From an uncultured Candidatus Rokubacteria bacterium (GTDB lineage: Bacteria > Methylomirabilota > Methylomirabilia > Rokubacteriales > CSP1-6), in contig CAVXJS010000021.1 in NCBI GenBank assembly GCA_963762145.1, positions 736,001-800,000 on the forward strand: DNA of 64,000 nucleotides, written 5' to 3'. Under the pieces are notes generated by a model. It searched no databases. It saw nothing but the letters and a program-made list of their open reading frames with translations, and was not told where the DNA came from. A program made the translations under genes and the position numbers. Positions 1 to 9,104 of the stretch are shown here, one piece after another (positions within the stretch are counted from its first letter, which is position 1; every line of letters starts with the position of its first letter).

Positions 1-200
1 ACCGCCGCGGCCTCCGCCACCGTGGGGAACCGCGCGGTCCAGTCCTGGCGGTTGCGGGTGAGCAGCTTGACGCGGCCGCGCTCGATCCGGAGCAGGATCC
101 GGTAGCCGTCGAGCTTGATCTCGTGCACCCACCCGTCTCCGGGCGGCGGCCCGGACACCAGCGTGGCGAGCTGGGGCGCGACCCACGCGGGCAGCGTCAT
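1..200 (-). CDS. ligD: NHEJ ATP-dependent DNA ligase domain protein (LigD ligase module), N-terminal part; runs off the window edge
   Basis: Own translation from ATG at 200: MTLPAWVAPQLATLVSGPPPGDGWVHEIKLDGYRILLRIERGRVKLLTRNRQDW; ligase motif I (KxDGxR); ATGA overlap with upstream PE ORF. Confidence 0.88.
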   Translation of the reverse strand, partial: MTLPAWVAPQLATLVSGPPPGDGWVHEIKLDGYRILLRIERGRVKLLTRNRQDWTARFPTVAEAAA

Positions 201-739
201 GCCGGCTTCGCGCGGGCTGGCTTCGCCCGGGCGGGCTTCGAGCGGGCGGGCGCGTCTCGCTCCTTGATCAGCAGCCAGTTCTCCTTTCGCGCGGGCTTCC
301 GATCGCCGTCTCGATCACGCATGCGCACCAGCGCCCAGCCACCGCGGAGCTTGCGCCCGTGCAGGACGAACTTCAACGAGCCCTTTCGATAGCCGGCGCG
401 CGGGTCGCCCGCCGGCTCCCACCAGCCCCGGTCCCAGATCGCGACCTGGCCGGCGCCGTAGTGCCCCTCCGGGATCTCCCCGTGAAAGCTTCCGTACTCG
501 AGGGGGTGATCCTCGACGTGCACGGCCAGACGCTTCTGGCCCGCGACCGGCGCCGGCTGCTTCGGCACCGCCCAGCTCTTCAGCACGCCGTCCAGCTCGA
601 GCCGGAAGTCATAGTGCAGGTGGCTCGCGGCATGGCGCTGGATCACGAAGGAGAGACGCTTCGCGGCCCGACGGGGGCGCCCCCGGGGCTCCGGTGTGTG
701 AGCGAAATCCCGCTTGCGACGATAGACCGCGAGGCTCAC
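197..739 (-). CDS. LigD 3'-phosphoesterase (PE) domain protein with basic KPARA-repeat tail
   Basis: Motifs FVIQRHAASHLHYDFRLE, SWAVPK, VEDHPLEY, IWDRG, NWLLIK of the LigD_N/PE domain. Confidence 0.92.
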   Translation of the reverse strand: MSLAVYRRKRDFAHTPEPRGRPRRAAKRLSFVIQRHAASHLHYDFRLELDGVLKSWAVPKQPAPVAGQKRLAVHVEDHPLEYGSFHGEIPEGHYGAGQVAIWDRGWWEPAGDPRAGYRKGSLKFVLHGRKLRGGWALVRMRDRDGDRKPARKENWLLIKERDAPARSKPARAKPARAKPA

Positions 740-742
740 CGC

Positions 743-1567
743 TCAGGCGGACTTGCGTCGACGAGGCCGGCGCCGGTCCTCTCCCGTCTTGGCGAGGCTC
801 TGCTTGAGCAGCTCCGCGATGTCGATGATGTCGGCCCGCTTGCGTGGCGTGGCCTCTTCCTCCGTCTCCGGCGCCGTCACCAGCTTGCCCGACCGGCTGC
901 GCTTCTTGATGAACGCCAGCAGCTCGTCCCGGTACTCGTCGTGGTACTGCGCGGGATCCCAGTCCTCGGTCATCTCCGCGATCAGCCGCTCCGCCATCTT
1001 GAGCTCCCGGTCCGCGATCTTGACCGTGGCGGGCACTTGGACCCGGGCCGGCTCGCGCAGCTCGGAGGCGTACCGCAGCACGTCGAGCACGAGGACCCGG
1101 TCGTGCACCACCACCGCGGCGAGATGCTGGCGCGTCTTCACCACGACCGAGGCCACCGCGAGCTTGCCGCTGCGCCGCAGGGCCTCGCGGAACAGCGCGT
1201 AGCCGCGCTCCCCGCCGCGGGTGGGCTCGAGATAGTACGGTCGATCGAAATAGATCGGCGGGATCGCGGTCGCTTCCACGAAGGCGAGCACGTCGATGCG
1301 CTGAGTGCGCTCGGGGCTCGCCCGCCGCAGGTCGGTGTCGCTGACGACCACGTACCGCCCGTTGGCCTGCTCCACGCCCCGCACGATCCGATCGCCCGGC
1401 ACCGGCTTCCCGGTCCGCTTGCTGATCTTCTGGTACCCGATCGGAGAGCTGTCCCGCTTGTCGAGCAGCGTGAAGTCCAGATCGTCGCGCTGCTCGGCCG
1501 TCACGAGGGACACCGGGATGTTGACGAGGCCGAAGCTGATGCTGCCGGTCCAGATCTTCGAGGGCAC
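743..1567 (-). CDS. ku: NHEJ DNA end-binding protein Ku
   Basis: IWTGSISFGLVNIPV start, YFDRPYYL, YHDEYR, basic C-terminal tail; GGAGG SD before GTG; adjacent to ligD. Confidence 0.96.
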   Translation of the reverse strand: MPSKIWTGSISFGLVNIPVSLVTAEQRDDLDFTLLDKRDSSPIGYQKISKRTGKPVPGDRIVRGVEQANGRYVVVSDTDLRRASPERTQRIDVLAFVEATAIPPIYFDRPYYLEPTRGGERGYALFREALRRSGKLAVASVVVKTRQHLAAVVVHDRVLVLDVLRYASELREPARVQVPATVKIADRELKMAERLIAEMTEDWDPAQYHDEYRDELLAFIKKRSRSGKLVTAPETEEEATPRKRADIIDIAELLKQSLAKTGEDRRRPRRRKSA

Positions 1568-1580
1568 GTCGCGCCTCCGC

Positions 1581-2552
1581 TCAGCCGGCGGCGGCGACCG
1601 CGACCCGACCCGGCGACGGGGCCGGTACGTCGATCAGGTCGGCCCACGCCGGCCGCACCCGCATCCGGGCGAGCACGGAGAGGACCCGACGGGGACTCCC
1701 CAGATCACACCAGGTCACCCGGGGAAGACGCGAGACCGCGAGGTGCTCCAGATGTGCCTCCAGGACAGCTCGCGAGAAGCTCGCCCGGGCCATGAAGGAG
1801 TAGGCTTCCTGCACCGCCTCCACTTCCCGCTCCGAGTCGAGCCAGGGCCGGATGCCGGCCAGGCACCGGCTCATCTCGGGCAGCGCGCACGCGCCCAGCT
1901 CCACGAGCGCTCGCGCGCGCGCGACGGTGATCGCGGTGTTCCACAGGCACGCGGTGGTCAGACACGTCTGGACGCGATCCTCGGAGGGCTTCTCCCAGAA
2001 CTGGCGCACCCTCGAGACGACGCCGTTGTCGCCATCGATGGGCGCGCCAGGCTCGACCCAGCCGTACTCCCTCTCGGGCGATGTCGGCTGGGCCCCCAGC
2101 AATGTCACGTGATCGGGGCGCCGGGCGAGCACCCCGGCCACCTGCTGGACGTGGGCCATGAAGGTGGCCTCGCCCAGGATGAAGTGATCGGACGGGAGGA
2201 CGACCACCGTCGCGCCCGGATCGCGCCAGGCGATCCACTGGGCCGCGTACAGGATCGCGGCGGCGGTGCCTCGATCGGCCGGCTGCACGAGCACGTAGGG
2301 CGGCTGGGCAGAGCCCGCGAACTCCTCGGCGATGTAGGCGAGATGCTGACGGACCGTGACCACGACGGTGCGCTCCGGCGAGATACCCAGAGCCGCGCGG
2401 TCCAGCGTCTGCCGCAGCAGGCTTCGCGGCCCCAGGAGCTTGACGAACTGCTTCGGCCGATCCTCACCGAGCATGCGCCGGACGATGGGTCGAAGCCGGA
2501 CCCCCTCGCCGCCGGCGAGGACGATGCCCCAGAGGCCCCCGCGATCGCCCAT
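1581..2552 (-). CDS. Sugar-phosphate nucleotidyltransferase (mannose-1-phosphate guanylyltransferase-like)
   Basis: GIVLAGGEGVRL...PKQF, PSDH, YGW, WNT, WCDLG motifs; start reassigned to ATG 2552, 5 nt after the upstream stop. Confidence 0.85.
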   Translation of the reverse strand: MGDRGGLWGIVLAGGEGVRLRPIVRRMLGEDRPKQFVKLLGPRSLLRQTLDRAALGISPERTVVVTVRQHLAYIAEEFAGSAQPPYVLVQPADRGTAAAILYAAQWIAWRDPGATVVVLPSDHFILGEATFMAHVQQVAGVLARRPDHVTLLGAQPTSPEREYGWVEPGAPIDGDNGVVSRVRQFWEKPSEDRVQTCLTTACLWNTAITVARARALVELGACALPEMSRCLAGIRPWLDSEREVEAVQEAYSFMARASFSRAVLEAHLEHLAVSRLPRVTWCDLGSPRRVLSVLARMRVRPAWADLIDVPAPSPGRVAVAAAG

Positions 2553-2557
2553 CGGGG

Positions 2558-2794
2558 CTACGCGTTGACCTTGTGCTCGGGCACGCCCGCCATCTCCGCG
2601 CAGTGCGCGCAGCAGAAATAGCGCCCGTCCGGCGCCTCGACGCCGTGGCCGATGATGCGGCACGCGCAGTGCGCGCACGTCGGCGCCATCGCGTGCAGGG
2701 CACACTCGAACGAATCGAAGGTGCCCTTCCGCTCAGGGGTGGTGATCACCATGGCCTTTTCGTAGTCGTTGCCGCAGACGTCGCAACGTCCCAT
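2558..2794 (-). CDS. 78-aa Cys/His-rich metallothionein-like / metal-binding protein
   Basis: MGRCDVCGNDY...FDSFECALHAMAPTCAHCACRIIGHG...FCCAHCA (9 Cys, 5 His); GGGAGGA SD. Confidence 0.85.
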   Translation of the reverse strand: MGRCDVCGNDYEKAMVITTPERKGTFDSFECALHAMAPTCAHCACRIIGHGVEAPDGRYFCCAHCAEMAGVPEHKVNA

Positions 2795-3105
2795 CGCTTG
2801 TCCTCCCGGGGCAACCCGTTCACGAGGCGCTCCGCCACGATCGCAGGGTCTTCGAACGAGTACGGGGTGCGGCGCGCGGCCCGCTCCCGCTGCCGCCGGG
2901 CCACATGCATCGGCGGAACCGCGCTCAGCGCCACCAGCGCGACCAGGGGCGAGAGGAAGAACGCCAGCACGAACCACGCGACGGGCTCCCGGCCCTTTTC
3001 CCACGCGACCCAGGCGGTCATGGACGCTCCGCCCACCCAGGCCGCGAACCCGAACAGCGTGAGCAAGAATCCCAGCCTCATGAAGTCGGCCACCAGCTCG
3101 TTCAT
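2746..3105 (-). CDS. Small hypothetical membrane protein (2-3 TM)
   Basis: Hydrophobic segments LGFLLTLFGFAAWVGG and WFVLAFFLSPLVALVAL with KGR..W..L motif; operonic position. Confidence 0.65.
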   Translation of the reverse strand: MNELVADFMRLGFLLTLFGFAAWVGGASMTAWVAWEKGREPVAWFVLAFFLSPLVALVALSAVPPMHVARRQRERAARRTPYSFEDPAIVAERLVNGLPREDKRWDVATSAATTTKRPW

Positions 3106-3109
3106 GTTC

Positions 3110-3190
3110 CTACCGTCCGACACCCAGCAGGAACAGGATGAGGATGAGGCTCAACGGCAAACCCAGCAGCCAGAGCAGAATAAGTACCAT
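3110..3190 (-). CDS. 26-aa single-TM microprotein MVLILLWLLGLPLSLILILFLLGVGR (absent from ORF track)
   Basis: ATG overlaps the upstream stop (TGATG); exactly fills the gap; LLWLLGxP hydrophobic motif. Confidence 0.75.
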   Translation of the reverse strand: MVLILLWLLGLPLSLILILFLLGVGR

Positions 3191-3828
3191 CACCAGCCTC
3201 CCGCCGCGGCCCGTTCACGCCGCGTCCGATAGTGTGTGAAGGTCATCGGCTCCCCCGAGCCCATCCAGCCGCCCACGACGCCGCCCATCAGACCCAGGAG
3301 CAAGGCGGTCACCGCCGCCAGAGCGGCGTTCCGGGCCGCCATGGCCGCCGCCGGATCCGGCGTGGCCGCGAGGGCCTGCGCCGCGGCGGGCGGCAGTCCG
3401 GCGAGCCCTCCGTACCAGGCGCCGAAGTAGGAGCCCGTGCCCATCGACGCCAGTACCACGAGGATCGGCACGGCGACGAGCCAGACGATCGCTCCGTGGA
3501 GCATCGCGGTCTCGGAGCGCCGAATGCCGGCAACCTTGGCCGCTACCCAGCCACCGAGCGCGAAGGCCAGGAACGAGCCGAAGACGCTGAACGCCAGAGC
3601 CAGGAAGCCGACCTCGCGCCAGGTGCCGAAGGGCTGGCCGACGCGATGAGCGCCGAGCGCGATGGCCACGAGCCCGAAGACGAGCGCCAGCGCGACCGCC
3701 GCCAGCGTCCCGACCCACACGCCGCTCCACGCCAGCGGCCAGGGGAACAACATGTCTCCCCGCTCTCCGTAGCTCACCGTGGTGATCTCCTCCACTCTCA
3801 CCCGCTCGCCACCCCGCTCCCGCTCCAT
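3190..3828 (-). CDS. Multi-TM Ala/Gly-rich membrane protein (YrzE/DUF3792-like)
   Basis: AWSGVWVG..., GGWVAAK...LHGAIVW pattern, about 4 TM; AGGAGG SD before ATG 3828. Confidence 0.75.
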   Translation of the reverse strand: MERERGGERVRVEEITTVSYGERGDMLFPWPLAWSGVWVGTLAAVALALVFGLVAIALGAHRVGQPFGTWREVGFLALAFSVFGSFLAFALGGWVAAKVAGIRRSETAMLHGAIVWLVAVPILVVLASMGTGSYFGAWYGGLAGLPPAAAQALAATPDPAAAMAARNAALAAVTALLLGLMGGVVGGWMGSGEPMTFTHYRTRRERAAAGGW

Positions 3829-3857
3829 TCCGTGTGTCCTCCTGGTTCCGGGGAAGA

Positions 3858-3871
3858 GCAACTTCTGTGCC
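3858..3871 (-). promoter_or_regulatory. Putative sigma54 (-24/-12) promoter for the 3828-to-ligD operon
   Basis: Minus strand CCGGGCACAGAAGTTGCT = GG-N10-GC with GGCAC and TTGC. Confidence 0.7.
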
Positions 3872-3942
3872 CGGCCTGCACCTCGTGAAACCCACGCTCG
3901 CGTGCGCCGACGGCTCGCCGTACGAGCAGAAATCGGAACGGT

Positions 3943-4956
3943 TTACCCGGTAAGAACGGCGCGGACCCTCGGAAGGAGCTCGTGCTGATAAAAACGCATG
4001 AAGCCCGCCTGGTCCGGCCCGACCTGGTGCAGGCAGACGTGGTCGTAGCCGGCGTCGGCGTACTTCGCGATCCCGGCCACGTAGCGCTCCGGGTCCGGGC
4101 CGCAGACCACCGATTCAGCGACCGCGTCCTCGGTGACCAGCTCGGCGACGGCCTCGAAGTGAGCGGGCAGCGGCAGCTCCCACGACAGGCTGCTCTCCAT
4201 CGCCGCGGTGGGCCAGACCTCCCGCGCGGTGCGGCGCGCGGCCGACTCGCTCCGGGCCCAGCACACGGTCAGCTCCGCGTAGCGCGGCTTCCCGGCGCCT
4301 CCGGCCCGCTGAAACCGGTTGATCGCCTCGGCCGACGGGTCGGTCCCGACCATGCCGTCGGCCACCCGCCCGGCCAGATCGGCGCTCCGCGGGCCGCCGA
4401 CCGCCAGCAGCAGCGGCGGCGGCGCCTCCGGACAGGAGTACAGCCGCGCGTTCTCGACGGTGAAGTGCCGGCCGTGATGGCTCACGTTGTCGCCCGTCCA
4501 CAGCCGCCGGATCACCTGGACCGCCTCGAGCAGGCGCTCCTGGCGGACCTCGGTCTCGGGCCAGCCCTGCCCGACGATGTGCTCGTTGAGGTTCTCGCCC
4601 GTGCCCAGACCCAGGAAGAAACGCCCGTCCATCATGAGCGCGCACGTGGCGGCAGCCTGGGCCACCAGCGCGGGATGCATCCGCACGGTCGGACAGGTGA
4701 CCGCGGTGCCAAGCTCGAGACGCCGCGTGGCCTGCGCGATGCCGCCGATCACGCTCCAGACGAACGGACTCTGTCCCTGCCGATCGGTCCACGGGTGGAA
4801 GTGGTCGGAGATGAGGGCGAACGAGAAGCCGTGCTCCTCGGCCATGCCGGCCAGGCGAACCAACTGTCGGGGACCCTGCTCCTCGCTGGACAGCTTGTAG
4901 CCGATACGCACCGGACGGTTCCGGCGGCGCGTCGGCCGCCGCGTGCGCTTCCTCAT
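3943..4956 (-). CDS. F420-dependent LLM-class oxidoreductase (G6PDH-like, TIGR03557-type)
   Basis: IGYKLSSEEQ, ISDHFHPW, GTAVTCP, LGTGENLNEH motifs; ATGA overlap with upstream kinase. Confidence 0.88.
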   Translation of the reverse strand: MRKRTRRPTRRRNRPVRIGYKLSSEEQGPRQLVRLAGMAEEHGFSFALISDHFHPWTDRQGQSPFVWSVIGGIAQATRRLELGTAVTCPTVRMHPALVAQAAATCALMMDGRFFLGLGTGENLNEHIVGQGWPETEVRQERLLEAVQVIRRLWTGDNVSHHGRHFTVENARLYSCPEAPPPLLLAVGGPRSADLAGRVADGMVGTDPSAEAINRFQRAGGAGKPRYAELTVCWARSESAARRTAREVWPTAAMESSLSWELPLPAHFEAVAELVTEDAVAESVVCGPDPERYVAGIAKYADAGYDHVCLHQVGPDQAGFMRFYQHELLPRVRAVLTG

Positions 4957-6857
4957 ATCCGGCGCTCCTGGGGCAGCAGACTCGCGATCAGCGGCGCGAA
5001 CGCGGACGCTTCCACCGGCTTGGCCACGTGGCTGTCGTACCCCGCGCGCAGCGTCCGCCGCCGGTCCTCGGCCGCCGCGTACGCGGTCAGCGCGATGGCC
5101 GGGATGTGGCGGCCGCGCCCCGCCTCGAGGTGGCGCACCCGGCGGATCAGGTCGTAGCCGTCCTCGCCGGGCATGCCGATGTCGCTCACCAGCACGTCGG
5201 GCCACCGCTGCTCGATGGCGGCCACCGCCTCGGCCACCGACGGCGCGGTCGTCACCCGTGCCCCCTCGAAGCCGAGCGCCACCTTCAGGACCTCCCGCGT
5301 CTCGGCGTCGTCGTCCACGACCAGCACGTCCACGTTCTCGAGCCGGCGCGTCACGGTCGGATCGGGTCTGCCCGGCCGGGCGCGGGGCGGCGCCGGGACC
5401 GCCTCCGCCGCCGCGAGCGGCAGGCGGACCGTGAAGGTGGCGCCGCGGCCCTCCCCCGGACTCTCGGCCCGGATCGTGCCGCCGTGCAGCTCCACGATCT
5501 GCCGCGCGATCGAGAGCCCGATCCCGAGGCCGCCGTGCGATCGCATCGTGCCGCTCTCGCCCTGGCGGAAACGGTCGAAGACGTGCGGGACGAGCCCCGG
5601 CGTCATGCCGCGCCCCGTGTCGGTCACGGTCACCTCGGCCTCCGGGCCCACCCGGCGCAGCACCACCGTCACCCGGCCGCCCGCGGGAGTGAACCGGACC
5701 GCGTTCGACAGGAGGTTCCACAGTACCTGCTGCAGCCGCGTCGAATCGCCGAGCACCGGCCCGGTCGCGGGGTCGAGCGCGGTGGTCACCGTGATGGAGC
5801 GGTTCTCGGCCGCGGCGCGCACGGTCTCGATGGTCGGGACGATGACCGCGGCCAGGTCCACCCGCTCGATGGCGAGACGGAAGCGCCCCGAGACGATGCG
5901 CGAGACGTCCAGGAGATCCTCGATGAGCCGCGCCTGCAGGACCGCGCTGCGGTCGATGGTGTCGACCGCGCGGGCGAGGGTCTGCGAGTCCCGGGGCCCG
6001 TTGCGCAGGACACCCGCCCAGAGCCGGAGCGTGTTCAGCGGCGTGCGCAGCTCGTGGGAGACGACGGCCAGAAAATCGTCCTTGGCCTGGCTCGCCGCCT
6101 CCGCGTCCTGCCGGGCCTTTCGCTCGCGCGCGAGCAGCTCGCCGCGCTCGAGGTCGCGCGCCCGCGCGATCTCCTCGGCCACGTGGCGGCCGGTGGCATC
6201 GAGCGCCACGATCGCGACCGCGCGGGGCTCGCCCGCTTCGCGGGCCAGCGAGAGATTCACGGTCACCCGACGGATCGATCCATCCGGCCGGGCGTGCTGG
6301 GTCTCGAACGACGCCTCGGGAGCGTCCGGCCTCAGGCCGCGGAGCGCGGCCACCGCGCGGGGCCGATCCGCGACGGGGATGGTCTCCGCGAACGAGGCGT
6401 CGCGCACCTCGTCGGGGGCGCGGCCGACGAGGTCGCAGTAGCGCGCGTTGACGAGCACGAAGTGGCCAGCGAGGTCGGTCTGCGCGATGCCGACGGTGGG
6501 CTGGCCGACGATCGCGTCGAGCTGGGCGTCGCGGCTGCGGTCCGCGCGCCGGGCCAGGTCCCGCGCCTCCCCGGCCGCCTCGAGGTCACGCGTGAGATCG
6601 TCCGCCGTCTCCGCCATCCGCGTCATGGACCGGATGATGGCCTGGCCCGCGACCGCCGCCAGCCCCAGCGCAGACAGCAGCACCGCCGCGCATATCACGC
6701 CGAGCGCCCACATCCACGGCGTGGGCGCCGGCGCGACGAGGGCGAGGGTCAGCCACACCGAGAACGCCACCGCCGGCACCGCGCACAGGAGGACGAGCCC
6801 CACGAGGTACGCGCGGAGCGACAGGTGCGGCCGGCGCGGGGTCAGCGGGCCAGACAT
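4953..6857 (-). CDS. Hybrid sensor histidine kinase/receiver with 2 TM and PAS
   Basis: H-box SHELRTPL, N-box NLLSNAVRFT, DTGRG, GGLGIGL; receiver VDDD...SDIGMP...AKP. Confidence 0.93.
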   Translation of the reverse strand: MSGPLTPRRPHLSLRAYLVGLVLLCAVPAVAFSVWLTLALVAPAPTPWMWALGVICAAVLLSALGLAAVAGQAIIRSMTRMAETADDLTRDLEAAGEARDLARRADRSRDAQLDAIVGQPTVGIAQTDLAGHFVLVNARYCDLVGRAPDEVRDASFAETIPVADRPRAVAALRGLRPDAPEASFETQHARPDGSIRRVTVNLSLAREAGEPRAVAIVALDATGRHVAEEIARARDLERGELLARERKARQDAEAASQAKDDFLAVVSHELRTPLNTLRLWAGVLRNGPRDSQTLARAVDTIDRSAVLQARLIEDLLDVSRIVSGRFRLAIERVDLAAVIVPTIETVRAAAENRSITVTTALDPATGPVLGDSTRLQQVLWNLLSNAVRFTPAGGRVTVVLRRVGPEAEVTVTDTGRGMTPGLVPHVFDRFRQGESGTMRSHGGLGIGLSIARQIVELHGGTIRAESPGEGRGATFTVRLPLAAAEAVPAPPRARPGRPDPTVTRRLENVDVLVVDDDAETREVLKVALGFEGARVTTAPSVAEAVAAIEQRWPDVLVSDIGMPGEDGYDLIRRVRHLEAGRGRHIPAIALTAYAAAEDRRRTLRAGYDSHVAKPVEASAFAPLIASLLPQERRI

Positions 6858-8377
6858 GCCGGGCTCCTGGCCGCGGCCGGCTCGTCCGCCTCCGCATCCC
6901 GGTAGGCACGGAAGTGCGGATAGAGATCCACCGGATGCAGGAGCGGCGCCGCGGGCAGCCGCACGGATGGCGGGTGGAGAATGAAGGTGTGCAGCTCCTC
7001 CTCGGACGGGCCGGCGTGCGCGCCGAGCTCGTCGATGAAGCTCACGTCGCCCCCGGGCGCGCCCGTGCCGTACAGCACGATGTCACCCGCGCTCGGCATC
7101 GCCAGCAGGTCATGGAGCCCGGCCACGACCACCGCGCGATCGGCGCGCCGCGCGAACGGATCACGCACCGCGGGGTCGGACCCGCGGCCCAGCGGCACGC
7201 GATGACCGCGGTACCAGCAGAGGGGCCCGCGCGCGCCGCGCACGAGCACGAGACCGATCCCGGTGTGGCGCGACAGGCGCGCGAGGACACCCGGGTGGCG
7301 CGACTCGATCTCGGCCGCCGACAGGGTCTCGCGGCGATCCATGAAGTACACGAAGGCGTTGGGGCCGGCCGCGATCACCTTGACCTCGTCGCCCTCCACG
7401 CCGAGGGCGTCGCGCACCACTCGCTCGATCGTGATCCCCCGCGTGACGCGATGGAACGGCCGGGTCGGCGCCTGCCCGTGGTCCGAGAGGATGTAGAGGT
7501 CATAGCCCATCTCGGGGATGCGGCGGATGACGCGGGCGAGCTGCTGGATCGAGCGGTCCACCCGCCGCAGCGCGCGAAAGGCAAGACGGTCCGCGGGCCC
7601 GAAGGCGTGCGAGAACACGTCGTAGTCGAGGAAGTTGACGTAGATCGCGGGCACCCCGCGGTAGAGGTCGGCGGAGACGAGCAGCGTGAAGAGCTGCCGC
7701 GCCCAGATGGACACGCCGATGTCGATCGCGAGCGCCTCGATGGCGCGGCGGAGCGAGAGGCGCCCGGCGGTCAGCGCGGTCGCGGTACGGCCCACCGAGC
7801 GGGCGAGGGTCACGAGGGTGAGTCCCACGCACTTGAGCGCCACCCACCCGATCAGCAGCAGCGAGAGCGCGGTGCGGCGCAGACCGGAGCCGGCCCGGGT
7901 GAGGCGCTTCAAGCGCGCGTAGGTCCACAGGCTCTCGGGCGCACCGCCGGTGAAGACGCAGCCGTAGCAGGCGCCGTCCTCGAGGATCCCCGCGTGGCCG
8001 GCGGAGAGCCGACTCTCCACGTGATCGGCCACGCCGCGCTCGGGGAAGTGCAGCTCGCGGCCCTCGCGCTTGTCGTAGTAGTGAAAGCCCGGGATGTCCG
8101 GCCGAACGCCGTACATGATCGACGCCTGGAAGGCGGGCGTGGACGTGGGCAGCCCGACCGACAGTTCGCGCCGCTCGAGCTCGCCGGTCGCGAGGAGCCG
8201 CCGCGTGTTGCGCATGCTGCCGCCGGCCAGCGCCCGGTCGAGGATCCCGCGGGAGAGCCCGTCGATCTGGATGATCAGGAAGCGGCGGCGCGGCTCGATC
8301 CCGCCGGTCGGCGCGAGCCGCATCCACCGGCTCCATCGGTCCATCCCCGCCTGCAGTCGAAGGAAGAGCGACTCCAT
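6842..8377 (-). CDS. Alkaline-phosphatase-superfamily (NPP-type) phosphodiesterase
   Basis: IQIDGL, PTSTP nucleophile, DYDVFSH, SDHG, GAHAG metal ligands. Confidence 0.82.
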   Translation of the reverse strand: MESLFLRLQAGMDRWSRWMRLAPTGGIEPRRRFLIIQIDGLSRGILDRALAGGSMRNTRRLLATGELERRELSVGLPTSTPAFQASIMYGVRPDIPGFHYYDKREGRELHFPERGVADHVESRLSAGHAGILEDGACYGCVFTGGAPESLWTYARLKRLTRAGSGLRRTALSLLLIGWVALKCVGLTLVTLARSVGRTATALTAGRLSLRRAIEALAIDIGVSIWARQLFTLLVSADLYRGVPAIYVNFLDYDVFSHAFGPADRLAFRALRRVDRSIQQLARVIRRIPEMGYDLYILSDHGQAPTRPFHRVTRGITIERVVRDALGVEGDEVKVIAAGPNAFVYFMDRRETLSAAEIESRHPGVLARLSRHTGIGLVLVRGARGPLCWYRGHRVPLGRGSDPAVRDPFARRADRAVVVAGLHDLLAMPSAGDIVLYGTGAPGGDVSFIDELGAHAGPSEEELHTFILHPPSVRLPAAPLLHPVDLYPHFRAYRDAEADEPAAARSPACLAR

Positions 8378-8381
8378 CGCG

Positions 8382-9044
8382 CTACCCACGAGCGAGGGCC
8401 TTCCGGCCCAGCGCGGCCAGGACGACGAGCACGAGCGCGGCGGCGGCCGCCGCGGCGAGCAATGCCCAGGAGGCGGTCCCGCGCGTCGTCGCGTCCAGGA
8501 GGAGGCCGGCACCCACCACGAGCACCGCGTTCATCGGGATCATGGCCAGCTCCGACCAGCCGAAGTAGCGCCAGAAGGTGATGCCGGTCAGGCCGAAGCC
8601 GTAGTTCACGACCGCGAACGGCAAGATCGGAACGATGCGCAGCACCGGGATCACGGCCCAGTCGTGCTCCTCCACCAGCGCGGAGAGTCGCGTGAAGCCG
8701 TCGGTGCCGGCGAGCCGTTCCGCGAGGGCGTCGCGCGCGAGGTAGCGGGCGATGAGAAACCCGAGCGCGGCCGAGATCGCACTCGCCACCACCATGACGA
8801 CGAACGCGGGGACGATCCCGAAGAGAAACGGCGACAGCAGGGTGAAGGGCATGCCGGGCACGCCGATCAGGGTGGCGCCGACGTAGACGAGGACGAAGAC
8901 GGCGGGAGCGAGGACACCCAGCGTCGCGGTCCAGCCCTGCGCGGCCTCCAGGTACCGGCCCACGTCGACGACGTGGCCGACCCCCACCATGGCGAGCAGG
9001 AACAGGCCCGCCGCGACCAGCGGCCAGATGCGGCGCCGGCTCAC
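8382..9044 (-). CDS. TVP38/TMEM64 (VTT/DedA-superfamily) membrane protein
   Basis: LRIVPILPFAVVNYGFGLT, GFLIARYL motifs; multi-TM. Confidence 0.9.
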   Translation of the reverse strand: MSRRRIWPLVAAGLFLLAMVGVGHVVDVGRYLEAAQGWTATLGVLAPAVFVLVYVGATLIGVPGMPFTLLSPFLFGIVPAFVVMVVASAISAALGFLIARYLARDALAERLAGTDGFTRLSALVEEHDWAVIPVLRIVPILPFAVVNYGFGLTGITFWRYFGWSELAMIPMNAVLVVGAGLLLDATTRGTASWALLAAAAAAALVLVVLAALGRKALARG

Positions 9045-9104
9045 GGCAGGCGGGGGACGGGCGCGGCCACCGCGCGAAGCGGAGAGGCGGGCATGGCGGG
9101 CGCC

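Noticed and set aside
9041-9094. 17-aa ORF MPASPLRAVAAPVPRLP between the NTase and VTT genes
   Set aside because: No SD or distinctive composition; could be chance or a frameshifted N-terminus of the VTT gene.
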